The position numbers and the translations under genes were made by a program. A DNA stretch of 58,288 nt, counting the filler, from Sphacelaria rigidula (taxonomy: Eukaryota): the NCBI GenBank assembly GCA_964200075.2. It is 8 parts of 8 records of this genome, joined end to end, with 100 filler letters (N's around TTAATTAATTAA, not from the genome) between each part and the next. Parts side by side here need not be neighbours in the genome. Positions count along the whole stretch, not along the records: positions 29,197 to 36,394 come from CAXNAA020016003.1; positions 36,495 to 43,692 come from CAXNAA020016004.1; positions 43,793 to 50,990 come from CAXNAA020016005.1; 5 more parts are not named here. The stretch is one strand, 5' to 3'. Positions 35,501 to 47,572 of the stretch are shown piece by piece (the first letter of the stretch is position 1; every line of letters begins with the position of its first letter). The notes under the pieces were generated by a model. The model had not been told where the DNA came from. It searched no databases and worked only from the letters and a program-made list of their open reading frames with translations.

Positions 35501-36329
35501 TGAGGTGGACACACATCCTCTTCCCTGTGTCGTTGCCCGCATTATGTGTCGTGCGCTTTGCGTCCGCCTAGTTAAACGGCCCGGAAAAAAGACGCACAGC
35601 AACACCAACAACTTATGGTTCATCATCTACACCGAGAAGTGAGACTACGGCGACTGTATCGTACACACTGTACTGGGTTCGGAAGAGCTCACCATGGTAT
35701 CGGAGGAAGAAAGTTGGAAACGCGCGTGTCTGCGGTCTTGCCGCTTACTGGTTGCCCGTGGGTTGTTTGGTCGCTTCTTGTTGAGGGCGTTCATAGCTCG
35801 TCCTCTTGACGAGAAAGGGCTGGATGGCATCTTTCCTGTATCTGTTTTCTGTGTATCATATGAGGTTTCTACCAAAATGTGCGCGTTGCCTGGTTGTGAT
35901 TGTGCACTATTGTTGTGTGTGTAGGGATGCGGCGGCCCATCTTCCGTCTCAAGGCCGTTCAGAGAAATGAGAGGTAATCAGTGGAAAGTGCCGCTTCAGG
36001 GACTCCAGCAACCGTCACGTGCCAATTCCCACCGCATGCGGGAGAACACAAGCACCGCAGAATTCAATAATACGTGTATAGGCGTGCGCTGGCGTTATTA
36101 CAGCTGCATCATGTTCACAATCGAAAAAAAATCTCGTCGTCATACCGTTTTTGGAGCTGTGCGGGGTACACAACAGATCTGTGGTATCCGATGGCCATGT
36201 AGAATGGCTCATGGAAATTCCTTGGGCAAGGGACAAGGTTAGTTTGACGTGCAAAACGCGGCGGAATGACAGACGGTTGAGTTCTTCTCCTGAATTCACA
36301 GGATATTATGTTTATTATCAGTGGCTATA

Positions 36330-36394
36330 GCCGGTCGCCCCGGTGGCTCAGTTGGTAACCTCGTAACCTTCTGATGGTTGAGTTGTGGGGTTCG
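36330..36394 (+). mobile_element. tRNA-derived SINE head cut by the contig end
   Basis: gccggtcgccccggtggctcagttggtaacctcgtaaccttctgatggttg...ggttcg. Confidence 0.75.
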
Positions 36395-36993
36395 NNNNNN
36401 NNNNNNNNNNNNNNNNNNNNNNNNNNNNNNNNNNNNNNTTAATTAATTAANNNNNNNNNNNNNNNNNNNNNNNNNNNNNNNNNNNNNNNNNNNNTGCAAG
36501 ACAGATATGCCACTTCAGCCCCATATTTTGTATGAACCCCAAAATATAAAATCGGCTGTTAGTTGACGAACACGTGCAAACTATCGTTCACCTTGTGTAT
36601 CGAGATGACACCGGTCAGGTGTGTGCGTACGTGGAAGCCCTGCTCATGGTGTTTATGCAATGCGCGTGAGCTGGCAACGCAGCCCTGGGTTACGTCACCC
36701 GTCGATCCAAGATTTCCCACCAATCACAGATTTTCTTTCGAAAAGATTGGCCAATAAGAAGACTGTGAGCACTTCTTCTCTCGCATAGTGCATAAATAAA
36801 GTTTCGGGCGACATCAAAATGATGTTTATCGCCAGCCCTTCATCACGTGGCTCCAGTTTCTCCGGTGATTTTTCCCCACAGTGCTGTACATGGGGTGCAG
36901 CACATTCTCCCGTCAACCAATGATTATTATAAGGGCGCACACGAAAGCAACCAGAGGATCCACGTAAGTCTATGGTACTAGAGTGGTTCACAT

Positions 36994-37210
36994 TGTAATG
37001 CGTGAGAGGACCGCGTGCTTAGAGGACCGCGCCGTAGTTCAAAACACAGTAGGATCGACGTTTTTCAAAACCAATCAAGTCAGTCCCTGGAGGTACCATG
37101 CCGCTGACCATTACCCTAACACTAACCCTAACCCTAATCCTAACCCTAACCATAGGGATATTCAAATTCCGATGCGGTCCTCTAAGCACGCGGTCCTCTC
37201 ACGCATTACA
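36994..37210. mobile_element. MITE with perfect 37-bp TIRs (TGT...ACA), CAT flanks and internal (CCCTAA)n
   Basis: tgtaatgcgtgagaggaccgcgtgcttagaggaccgc (36994-37030) versus gcggtcctctaagcacgcggtcctctcacgcattaca (37174-37210). CAT lies directly on both sides. Confidence 0.9.
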
Positions 37211-38244
37211 CATATCGCGAGTCGTCAAGCCGCGCGAGTTGGATTTTCCTTATACATGCCATAAAGCTCTGACATTACGAGCGAACTTCTCGCACTGTTG
37301 GTCGCCCGCGTGACTCTTTCTACAATAGCCCCCCCCCCCCCAAAAGGTGCATGGTTGTGGGAGGCAAAGTCTCCACGTGAACCGAAACGGGAAAAGCCGA
37401 GCACAACGAGCAGCTAGGAATTCCCACGCTTGGGTTCGCTGTAGACAATGTCACCACTATGAAGCGCTTCATGCAGCCTAAACCCAAACATCAGGGGCTG
37501 TATGGCCATTTTTTTCTTGACACTTTTGGGCTGTTTTTTGGGGGGGCTATCGCAGAATGTGTCGCGTGGAGTTACACGTCTCACGCCAACACCGTCACCC
37601 GCAAATCAATCCACATAAGACGCGTATGTAAGGCTTATGCGTACAGCTTATGTCCAAACCTTGTCGTAATTCCTTCAATCAAATCCCTGCTCTTCGCGCA
37701 TCTCCGTTGTTTTGTCGCACACACACACTCGACTCCTTCGACTGCATCTACACCGCAACGAGTAGAACAAGAGCAATCGAGGCGTTGCTGCGATCCACCT
37801 ATTTTCCTACTGTTATTTGCCAGCGTACCACAGGCGCACTGTTTTTTTTGCTGTGCTACAACAAACAGAAAGGTGCGAGATACCTGTGATTGAGCTTATT
37901 CATATTTCGTACGAAAAATGTTGTTAATAATAGCCACAAATTGTGGCAGGACTCGAAGGTTCGTGCCTAATTATCACGAACTAACTGTTGATACTAGCGG
38001 ACACAGTGGGACGGCTCGCGACGGATCCAGGATGGAAATAGCAAAGAAAATGTCCCGCTTTGTACTCGACTAGGGATGGATGGGAGAAGATGGGTTAACT
38101 TGGCAACTCGTATACCCATGTCTTCTTCTATCGGTTGTTGACTTTGTTCCTGGTCGGTGGTCTTGCGGTGTTCCCTGGTTGTGCGTTTGTACCTGCTCTA
38201 CTGTGCCTTCGGGCTTCATTGCTCTCGTAGCTTCCTCCTTCTCT

Positions 38245-38420
38245 TTTCTTTCTGTCTCTGTCTGTCTCTGTCTGTCTCTGTCTGTCTCTGTCTGTCTCTC
38301 TCCTTCTCTGTGTGCGTGGCTCTGTGTCTTGATGTCTCTGTGTCTCTGTCTCTCTCTGCCCCCCTCTCTCCCCTTCTCTCTCCATCTCCTCCCCCCCCTT
38401 CTCTCTCCCTGTGTTTCTTC
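38245..38420. repeat. (TCTCTG/TCTG)n low-complexity microsatellite
   Basis: Seen directly. Confidence 0.9.
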
Positions 38421-39073
38421 CCTCACGGTGTATGTCGCACTTTGGTGCCTGGCTTCCGTAGGGTTATACGGGAGAAGCTGCATTTGAAATAATGTGGCCG
38501 AAGTAGCCGAGCCGCAATCTGTTTCCACGGCTTTTTTGTTCTCAATTGGTTATGAGTACATTTGATTTATGCGCCAGGCCTTTTCGACCTCAAACCATGT
38601 CGCAGAGGCCAGCCATTTCTACTTTTTCCATTTCTCTGCTCTTTTTGGGTTTTTCTTTGTTTTGTTTGTTTGGGTTTTTGTCCACTTTTCTCTCTTTACC
38701 TGTTCTATTTCCCCCTTTTCTTTACTTTTTCTTCAACGAGCGTCTCCGTTTAGTTTGCCTTGGGTACGTCTATCTTGTGGATGATGATCTAACCGCAGCT
38801 GGGTCCCTCGGGGATCAGTTGATGTGCGACAATCAGTCAGTCCATCAGTCGATCGATCAACAGTCGCTGCTGGACAATTTTCGATTCCCTCACTATCAGC
38901 TATTCAGAGCCCATGTCCTTCATCTGGACCACTCGTTTCCCGCGCACGCCCGAAGTAGACGCATTTTTTTCTTAAACATATGTATGCGGGTCTAACCGGT
39001 TTGGCTCTTCTGTTGCTGAAACACTGAGTTGATCGCAGAGAGAAAAGAAAATGGCCCGCAAGTTTCTGCTTGG

Positions 39074-39518
39074 AACACGGGATCTTACAAATTGGGGATG
39101 CATCTTTTATTGGGGATGAGAAACTCGGATAAATAAAATCTTCGTATCCACACCAAATCTTCGAAATACGGTTCCATTTCTTCACTTACTGATAGCTGTT
39201 GAAACCTGCTACACGTCATAGAAAATTTGGATTTCGATCACCGAAATGCTGGAGTCCCGGGTGAAGAAGCAACTTGAGGGAATTTCGGGTGTCCGAACGG
39301 ACGCCAAAATTGTTCTGATTTTTTTTTTCACCTGGGACCTCAACATTTCGGTGATCGAAATCAAAATTTCTATGACGTGTAGCAGTTGTCTATAACTATC
39401 GGAAGGTGAAGAAATGGAACCATATTCCGAAGGCTTGGTGTGAAAACGAAGATTTAAGTTCTCCGGGTTTCTCTTCCCCAATGAAAGATCCATCCCCAAT
39501 TTGTAAGATCCCGTGTTT
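39074..39518. mobile_element. Hairpin foldback element, ~195-bp arms
   Basis: aacacgggatcttacaaattggggatg / catccccaatttgtaagatcccgtgtt; ctgctacacgtcatagaaa / tttctatgacgtgtagcag; atttcgatcaccgaaatg / catttcggtgatcgaaat. Confidence 0.9.
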
Positions 39519-41425
39519 TGGCCATAAACACGAAATCGTGGAATCACCTCAATCTTGACCTTAACTTAGGAGATCTCATCTATGCCAAACGTGTCTCCGC
39601 TCCGAAGAAGTGTGGGTGGCGGTAGACGCCCACGAGGGAATTTTGGCCAACCAGATGTCATGGGTTATTATTCATGCCCAATCAGAAAAATGCGAACCAC
39701 TCTGTCTGTCTGTCTGTCTGTCCCTCTCTCCCTCCAGTTGAAATCTGTAAATTATGTTTCAAGTGTCGCGCCACATGATGAGAGCACTAAAGCTTCATGT
39801 CATTTGTGTTCTGGGTTAATTTACTGAAGAACTTTGTTGGATGAAATCAAATCCCGGAACGCCTCCATCGAGTATGTACCATCCTCATATGCCCACCCAG
39901 GCCATTGCGCTCATCATACATGCACGCACCAAAAAGCCCTGTAAGCGTTCCCTATACTAGTACGTTGGCAAAGTTATTCAAATGCCGCTCTACTCAGAGT
40001 TTTACTTCGAGCAGATGGTCGGACAGCTACTCCAGAAACGTGTCCAAAAGCAGCGGTTCGGGCACGTCTTCTTCGTGCCACCCCCTCCCCGTGTAGAGTG
40101 ATATCTGCTCCGCTGCTCGTCTTTCTAACGTAAGCCCCATGACTTGAAGCCCGAGGTGCTCACGCCTGAGAAGCGCAGCTGTTTATTAATCGAGCCGAGC
40201 GACAGCGTGGCACTTTAGGGTTATCACATGTTGCTGATTCGCAAATTCTCCAAACACAATAGAGGCATATCCTACCGAACTAGAAGTACGAGCTTCCGTG
40301 AAATTCTCCCTGCGCCATCGATTGTTTGGGACCGTAGGAGATCATTGCACCACTTGATTACTCGCTACGCCCAACACAACCAGGACCTGTAGGCCTTCTC
40401 ATTATTACCAACAAAATATCTATGTACCCTACATGTCATGTGCGCTTGATTATTGCCTCAAGTTGGTATAGCTTGCAATAAAAAACAGTACAGAGGTTAC
40501 GACGAGGTAATATCACGACTCAACCTCTACTTTTGAGGAGTACACAATCCCTGAAGTAGTTCGAACGCAAATATACTCTGTCAAACCTCGTTCCCAGTGT
40601 CGCCTTACAAAGAGGATCTGTTGTTAGGGTCACATGAACATGGTGGCGTCGGGCGCACCTATATCGCTAACGTAAAACCACAAGCAGTAGACTTAGTCGT
40701 GACGGACTAGTTTTTTAGATCCAAACGCGAAAATATTGCTCCCGTCCTTGGAGAAATAACTCCAAGCGCTGCCTGCTTTCAATTTACTCTGTCTACTGTT
40801 CGTGGTGTATCGCCGCGTCTTTCCGATCAAGCCACAGTTCATCGCACGAAGACATGAGTTTCTTGGCATGAAACCATACCTGGTATTCAGTCAGTAGAGT
40901 AAAGCGACACGTTTGCAAAAGTCGCAAAACAACAGGACTTCCTTGGACCTCACCAAAAACGTGCGCTCGATAGTGGAAGCACCCTCATTCCAGTGGCCTC
41001 AAAGCGGATCAGCTGTAAGGAATGTAGTTGTACGGCGCTGGTATTTTGCCTTGATGTGTATTCCTTTCCAGTTTGCAGGGACCTGTACGACACCATATGT
41101 TACGCATTCCGCCTCGACCCCTTCAGTCACCTCACACGAACATCGGTGATAATTTCCACGCTGCCTCAAAGGTGGGCGATTAGATCGTGTTGACCGATTC
41201 ATGGAATCGTGAGGCATGTTTATCAGAAGCGCGAATAGGATTTTCCCATATAAACAAGTGAGCCAAAAATGACTCACCTACACGGTGATCATTGGAGCTC
41301 TCTCATCGTCTAAGCTTTGTGTAGCACGCGAAGCAGTCCCTTGCCTAGCTGGATTCTCATCGCCAACAGTCGAAATCCCATATTTCGTGTCTCGTTGCAC
41401 CTCAGCGTGACCTGCTACTGGAGAT

Positions 41426-42121
41426 ATGGTCATCTGCACGCATGCCAAGTGCAAAAAGGATGCCTCCTATGGCCACCCGGGAACGAAGTCCGGAATTTTC
41501 TGTAAACCCCATGCTGAGAATGGCATGGTCGACATAAGAAGCAAGCGCTGCATCTACCCATCGTGCTCACATCAACCATCTTTCGGTCTTGCCACGGACA
41601 AGAAACCCACCCTTTGCCGCCAGCATGCCCAGGAGGGCATGGTCGACATAAGAAGCAAGCGCTGCATCTACCCATCGTGCTCACATCAACCATCTTTCGG
41701 TCTTGCCACGGACAGCACAGCCACCGTGTGCAGTCAACACAAGGACTACCTCCCGAGCGATCAAGATGTGCGCAACTTCGTACTCCGCTGCGACCTTCGA
41801 GGCTGTCAAAAACTGGCAAAGTACGGCCAGGCGGGTGCACGCCCCACCCGCTGCCAGCAACACGGTCTTCCCGACAATGGGTACATCCTTCTTGTGAGAA
41901 AAGCCCAGAGCAGTGCCCCCAGCTCATGCTCTCGCCGTACAAGCCGCGACACCACGGCCGCTGACGGATCCCTGGTCAAGAGGGCCCGCGAGGCCATCCC
42001 GCGGGTGCCTGGGCTACAAAGCACGGCGGCCTCGGCCATGGCGACGGGAGGGAAAACTTTGGTGGCGGTGGTTGACGATGTGCCCAAGAGAAAGAAAAAG
42101 AAGCAAATCATATGGATTTAG
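41426..42121 (+). CDS. EsV-1-7-type cysteine-rich repeat protein (231 aa) with a C-terminal basic NLS-like tail
   Basis: Four C-x4-C-x3-[AP]-x-[YF]G-x7-9-C-x2-H units, the first three linked by GMVDIRSKR, matching the EsV-1-7 repeat of phaeoviruses and brown algae. PKRKKKK near the C-terminus. Uninterrupted ORF. Confidence 0.88.
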   Translation: MVICTHAKCKKDASYGHPGTKSGIFCKPHAENGMVDIRSKRCIYPSCSHQPSFGLATDKKPTLCRQHAQEGMVDIRSKRCIYPSCSHQPSFGLATDSTATVCSQHKDYLPSDQDVRNFVLRCDLRGCQKLAKYGQAGARPTRCQQHGLPDNGYILLVRKAQSSAPSSCSRRTSRDTTAADGSLVKRAREAIPRVPGLQSTAASAMATGGKTLVAVVDDVPKRKKKKQIIWI

Positions 42122-42129
42122 ACTCGGGC

Positions 42130-42355
42130 CGGGGGGAGAGGGGGGAGGGGGAGGGAGGTGTATTCATGATCTTGCATGCCGTAGTCATATAGACATCGAC
42201 CTCGCATCCCTACAAAGCCGGGACGGAGCTCGCCGGGTTCCCGCCGGACCAGGCTCGCGATCAATCACCAAGCGCGAAGCGCCGTGATGGATTCGGCGAG
42301 TCGCATCAAGGGTGAGCTGCATCCTGTTGAGATTATTCGGCCCGAAGCGTACTGA
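42130..42355 (-). mobile_element. C-tailed non-LTR 3' end (homolog of 293-506)
   Basis: The reverse complement ends ..gctccgtcccggctttgtagggatgcgaggtcgatgtctatatgactacggcatgcaagatcatgaatacacc, followed by C-rich sequence. Confidence 0.7.
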
Positions 42356-44289
42356 CCATATTCCACATTGAGGAGGGGGAGGGGGGGGAGCGCATGGTTG
42401 GAGAGTGTACGTTGCGCAGGCGCATTGTAAGGCACCCAAGTCTAGAAGAGGTTTCAAACAGCATATCATCCATGTGTTCAATGCAGCACGTGGTGCTCCA
42501 GTATCCGTTGCACAGGCTCACGATTTCATCATGTCAAAGCTTACTTCCCACTGGGAGAACAAGAACGACTCGTGGGAGATTATGGTGGTACCCCCCGCTA
42601 GCAGAAAATGTGCGCGTTGCTTCACCGGCACAGGAGATTGAGCTGTACCTCCGTTCGCCTTCTCTCGTGTGCATTTGGTCAACGAACACCTCTACACACA
42701 GAAGGTTGAAGTGGCACGCTGTTTTCTGATCGTTTGAAAATCGAACTGTCAGTTACAAGCAGCAGCATTAGCAGAAAAAGTGGTGTAGGTGGTGGTGTGT
42801 GTTTGTGGCGAACATATCTTCAAGCCTGTGAGGGCTCGGTGTTGAGATGATATTGTTCCTCCGGATAACTCGTTGTTGGGTCTCTCTCTCTAGTGGTGTA
42901 GGTGGTGGAAGTGGTGGAAGCGGCGGTGGTAGCGGCATAGTAGTGGTTGCAACGGAATCACCAGCGATACGCTGTTTGCTTAGGGAGAAACTAATCGTGG
43001 GTACGACCTTGGAAGCCTCAAGCAGGCGAGCGTGTGTTGCATGCTGTCGTACTGGAAAACAACAGGACAGAGCACAATGGGTTGGAGAATGGACAAACTC
43101 CGTTTTCGCGTTCCACTCACAATACAACCGCCGAATATCGATGGGGGCACGGAGAAAGTACTATCAGGATGTTGTTACGACGACGCCAAATTTGTTGAGT
43201 GAAGTTCAGATTTTGAAGGAGTTCTCACCCATCATTGATACCAGTTGACGAGAAAAGTGTAGGCTCTGGATCCCTGAGCGTCGCAGTCAATTGAAACCGG
43301 AAAGTAAGCGCTAGACATTGGAAGGGAAACATCAAACGTAAGCGCTGCACAGGGCAATTATGGCACGGTCGAATGGGCAAAATTATCTGAAGGGGCAACT
43401 GCATCTATTTTAAGTTCATGAGCTTCGAAGAATCACCTGGAGTGATGCCTGAGGCTCAAAATGAACCCGAGAAACGAGCAATTTGCGAAGCGCTCTGATC
43501 GAGCCTATTATTGCAGTACGCGGTGGATAGAGTGTGTGTGACCGTGGACTGGATGGTTTTTTGTAGTAGTATTAGTATAGGGAATAATAGTAGTTGTGGC
43601 AGTAGTGGTATATAGTAGCGGTGATACAGTGGTCAGCGTCAGAAGTATGCAGAATCCGTAATATCTTAGTTTCTCAAAGATTGTCCGATTTTNNNNNNNN
43701 NNNNNNNNNNNNNNNNNNNNNNNNNNNNNNNNNNNNTTAATTAATTAANNNNNNNNNNNNNNNNNNNNNNNNNNNNNNNNNNNNNNNNNNNNGCACCTAG
43801 CCAGAGTTGCTTAACCCTCGGACCGCGGTGTTGGTAGCCGATCTGGACCACATGTACTCATTCCAAGTGAATATTGATGTCGATTCAGCTGGTGACCTAC
43901 TCTCGCGGTCTGACGGTTAAGCCCTCCTGCGGAGTTTGGGGGGGGAAGATTCTTTCGCTCTGTGTTACTCTTTCGTGTCTTCCCTGCAATAGATAAATGG
44001 GACTTCAACCTCATTTTTTGTTACAACCCCAAACATTAGGATAGGCTGTTAGTTCCATCTGCTATATACAGTGTATATGGGAATATCAGCTCTTTGAAAT
44101 GAATCCTTTTCCTCCTATTCCAAGTTTGGAATTAGGATTTATTTCGAACAGCAGAGGCTGTCCAAATTCCAAATTTTCATTACACTTGTGCCTCTAAAAA
44201 CAATTCGGAGGATTTCAGTGTTTTTGACACGGACCTTCGAGGGCCCCAAAATTCAGAAGTACAAAAAATCTAATCCACCCATAACGACT

Positions 44290-44380
44290 GCTGCGCGTAG
44301 CTCCGTGTGTCACCGGTTGACTGTTTGACGATGGAGTCGAGGGTTCGATTCCCCGTCCATCATAATCAGATCTTTTTCCC
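44290..44380 (+). mobile_element. Possible second tRNA-derived SINE head
   Basis: A-box-like tagctccgtg and B-box GGTTCGATTCC (44342-44352). No cloverleaf is evident. Confidence 0.4.
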
Positions 44381-44480
44381 GCCTGTACCTTGCGCCCTCA
44401 GCTGCATGTGGAGGGTAGTGTTTATGCGTAAACACACTGCACAGCACTGCCAGCAGCGATGAACTCTTCACGGGGCGACT

Positions 44481-44592
44481 GAACCCTGTGATGCACATGA
44501 TTCATGACCACTGTAGAGAAACCCTGTGGAGAGGAACCCTGTGATGCACACCATTATTCATGACCACTATAGGGAAACCAAACCCTGTGGAG
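44481..44592 (+). repeat. Imperfect ~53-bp tandem duplication rich in AACCCTGT
   Basis: gaaccctgtgatgcaca..attcatgaccact.tag.gaaa occurs twice. Confidence 0.8.
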
Positions 44593-47354
44593 CGTCCTGT
44601 ACTAGCTTGAAAACACTGTACAGTGAAATTCCCGCCAGAAACACTGCGCAGGGTACGTAAACCCTGTAGACCCCCTCCACAGGGTGCTATCTGTCCACGT
44701 GTGCAGTCCTCCACTACCTACCGTAAGGAGATAAATACCACGTCTATATACAAAGTAAGTTACGGGCAGACCTTCATTTTAGAGTAGAGGGCCCAGCCGA
44801 GACCACTCTGGGTTCACCGCCGAAATCCGAGACGGCACCGTCCCAAACACCAAAATAAATTGAAATTGGAAGCGCCCTGGACACAGGGCAATCTGTATTT
44901 TAGTATGCCTCATTCTCGAGTTGACCTTCCAGAAATTCCTCAAGATACATTCGGGGAGTACAAGATAAGAAGAGGGTCCCCTGTGGTATACGTCGTGAAG
45001 AGAGTGATCTCCGGGTAGGGGTATCAGGAATACGATTGAACACAACGACGGGGTTCGTTCGTGCGGCGTCTTCTGTGGTGCCATATATACGATGAATGGA
45101 ACTAAATATCATTCGATTACTATCTGAGACTGCAGTAACAGAGTCCCGAGGTAACCCGTAAGTATTGTCTCACCAGATGTTTTACAGAAAAGCCTACATA
45201 CAGTATTATATTACGAGCCTCGCACACGAGTTATGGTCGGGCATATTTCTGAGTGGAAAACGTCATCCCAACTGATGTACACACATGCCTGTACTATGCA
45301 ACAAGTATTGTACTCGTGATATTGAGACGAGCACTTCGATGAAATTTCGTGCCTTCAGCGGCATCTCAGAACGGCTTTTCTGTCATCGAGTGAGCCGACC
45401 TTTCACCTCCTCCATTAATAGATTTTATCGCCGATCATCCTGCATCCTCCCCTTATCCCTCTTACCACCCTACAGAAGGATTGCTCCACTCTCGTGCCGT
45501 CTACACTGTGTTCGGCGGCGCTGTGTGTGATTAACGTGTTGGCGTAAAGACAAGAAAGCAAAGTTTGATCGAGAAGAAAAGCATTTTGTGTCCGAGAAAC
45601 GGAGGTCGATATCTTCCACAATACCAGAAACAGCTTGGTAAGCACCAGTCGATTCCTGGCTGTAAGCGAATAAGAAACGCGACACATTCCTGTGGATAAG
45701 TACCAGGAGCTTCCCATGCTCCAGGCACAGTAAGAGATGGATATAACACTTGTGGCGGGCTACCAGCAGCTACTTTACCTGGCAACCAGACGCAGCTCAA
45801 CCCATTCCTCTTGGTCGAAATAACTGCGGGTCAAATGTACATTTTTTCGACGCATATCGTACATGACCGGTGGTAGTGCCGATGGGGCAACGTCACGTGT
45901 AAGGTACGCATGATGATGCTCCCCGCCTCGCGCAGGGGATGGGTGGCGGTGAAGAGAAAGAAAACGGGGAAGAAAGCTATATTCGCGACAGCACCTTGTC
46001 TTGACTTCGAAACAAGCAAATCCGAGAGAAAAGCAGCTCGAAGTGGACATAACGTCAAGGTATTGAGCCTAAACTACAATTCCCGAGGGATCTGTACAGC
46101 GCCTCTCCTTGCAGTGGGGCGCCTCACCACGGTTCGTTCAAAATCGCTCGCCACACGTCCACCGGGCTGAGCGAGGATCTCGTGATTGACTGCAGTGCCA
46201 TGCCAATAAGTATACGGGGGTTTCATCGCAGTGAGGTCAAGCATGCTTGGCAAGCCATCGCAGCCCAGCACCCGACACTGGGCTCTCCATTGTATCTCGA
46301 AGCGGCGTATTGAGGCGGGCTCACATCCTCCTGTTGATGCCAGTGAGCTCTTATATACCTTCACACCGTTCCGTACGGCGGGTCTCCTAAGAGTGCGCGC
46401 AGGCTCACTCTACTGCTCCTGCTATCGCTATCATCGTCCCCACCCCTGACATGCTGTTTGTCGTTATCACTGTCTATTTGTAGCACGTCCTCCACTACGT
46501 CCATAACTATCCGTCCTATCTCCTCTCGGTGACCGAAGGCCTCAAGATCTGCGCTGTGCCATGTTGCCTTGAACGCCTTTTTGTTGGTGTGGTGACGGTG
46601 GTGGCGGTAGCGTTGGCGGCGGTTTGTCGTTGACATGCGCGGTTGAAAGTTTTGTCGAGAGCACACAAATTACGGAGGAGCGACAGGAATGTGCGACTTG
46701 TTCAGGAAATGAACGGTGAGGAGGGCAGGTTATGGTAGATGTAGGCTTCGATTGGTTGCCGCAAATTACCTGATCCCCCCGAGGATCCTGCTGTGGCCAT
46801 TATCCATAACTTAGACATGCTCAAGGTGGAACGAAACGGAAACACTCATTTTCACTACAGAAATTGAGAGCGAAACAGCGGGAAATAAGGCACAAAAAAG
46901 GGAGTAGACTGATAAAAGGAGAAGAAACGGAAACGAAACAGACTTGAAGCAAAATTGAAAAGGAAGTAAACGACGGAAGGAACTGAGGGAAATCATACAT
47001 GATGAATTTCAAACCTCAATTATTGAAATTGAACTGAAAAATTGAGATGAGGTCCTAAAGCATTGTCCATTTCCCCTTAAAACTCCCCTGGAAAAAATGA
47101 AAGAAAAAATGAAAAAAACAAAACAAAAAACGATGATAGTTTTTCATTATGCACTAGCGAGTCTCCGCACGAAATTTCGGAGCACAACTCTCTCAAAAGC
47201 TGAGACGCAATATTCAGATTTAGTGCATGAAGTACCTCTGCTCGACATATATCGATTTTGGTATAGAACATTGTGTGCGCCATATCTTGAGACATACAAC
47301 GAATAAGGCAAAAGTGAGGGTATCGATCGTTTCCCTGTGCTCCAGGTGGTGTCC

Positions 47355-47572
47355 AAACCTATTGAAATTTGGTAAGGAGGAAGAATACGGCATTCTGAAA
47401 AGCTGTCGATCGGGACGTGCAGATATGTTTATGTTTTCGTGAGTGCACGGTGTTCTCCTGATATCTTGGTACTATCATTGCCATTAACTCACGAAAACAA
47501 AAAAAACGCACGTCCCGATCGACAGGTTTTCAGCACAGCCTATTCTTCATCTGTACCGAGTTTCGAAGTCTA
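47355..47572. repeat. Inverted repeat (core of a probable foldback spanning ~47085-47700)
   Basis: ctgaaaagctgtcgatcgggacgtgc..gttttcgtgagt versus actcacgaaaac..gcacgtcccgatcgacaggttttcag. A-rich left and T-rich right outer flanks. Confidence 0.8.

Noticed and set aside
21739..36559. One 15-kb TIR transposon bounded by the inverted ACAGCCGATTTT ends
   Set aside because: The ends lie on different, artificially joined contigs.
42165..42200. 18S rRNA 5' end (gccgtagtcatat resembles gccagtagtcatat)
   Set aside because: The similarity stops after about 13 nt, and the region belongs to the C-tailed retroelement end.
43811..43830. piggyBac end (TTAA|CCCT)
   Set aside because: No matching opposite terminus or transposase motifs were found on the contig.
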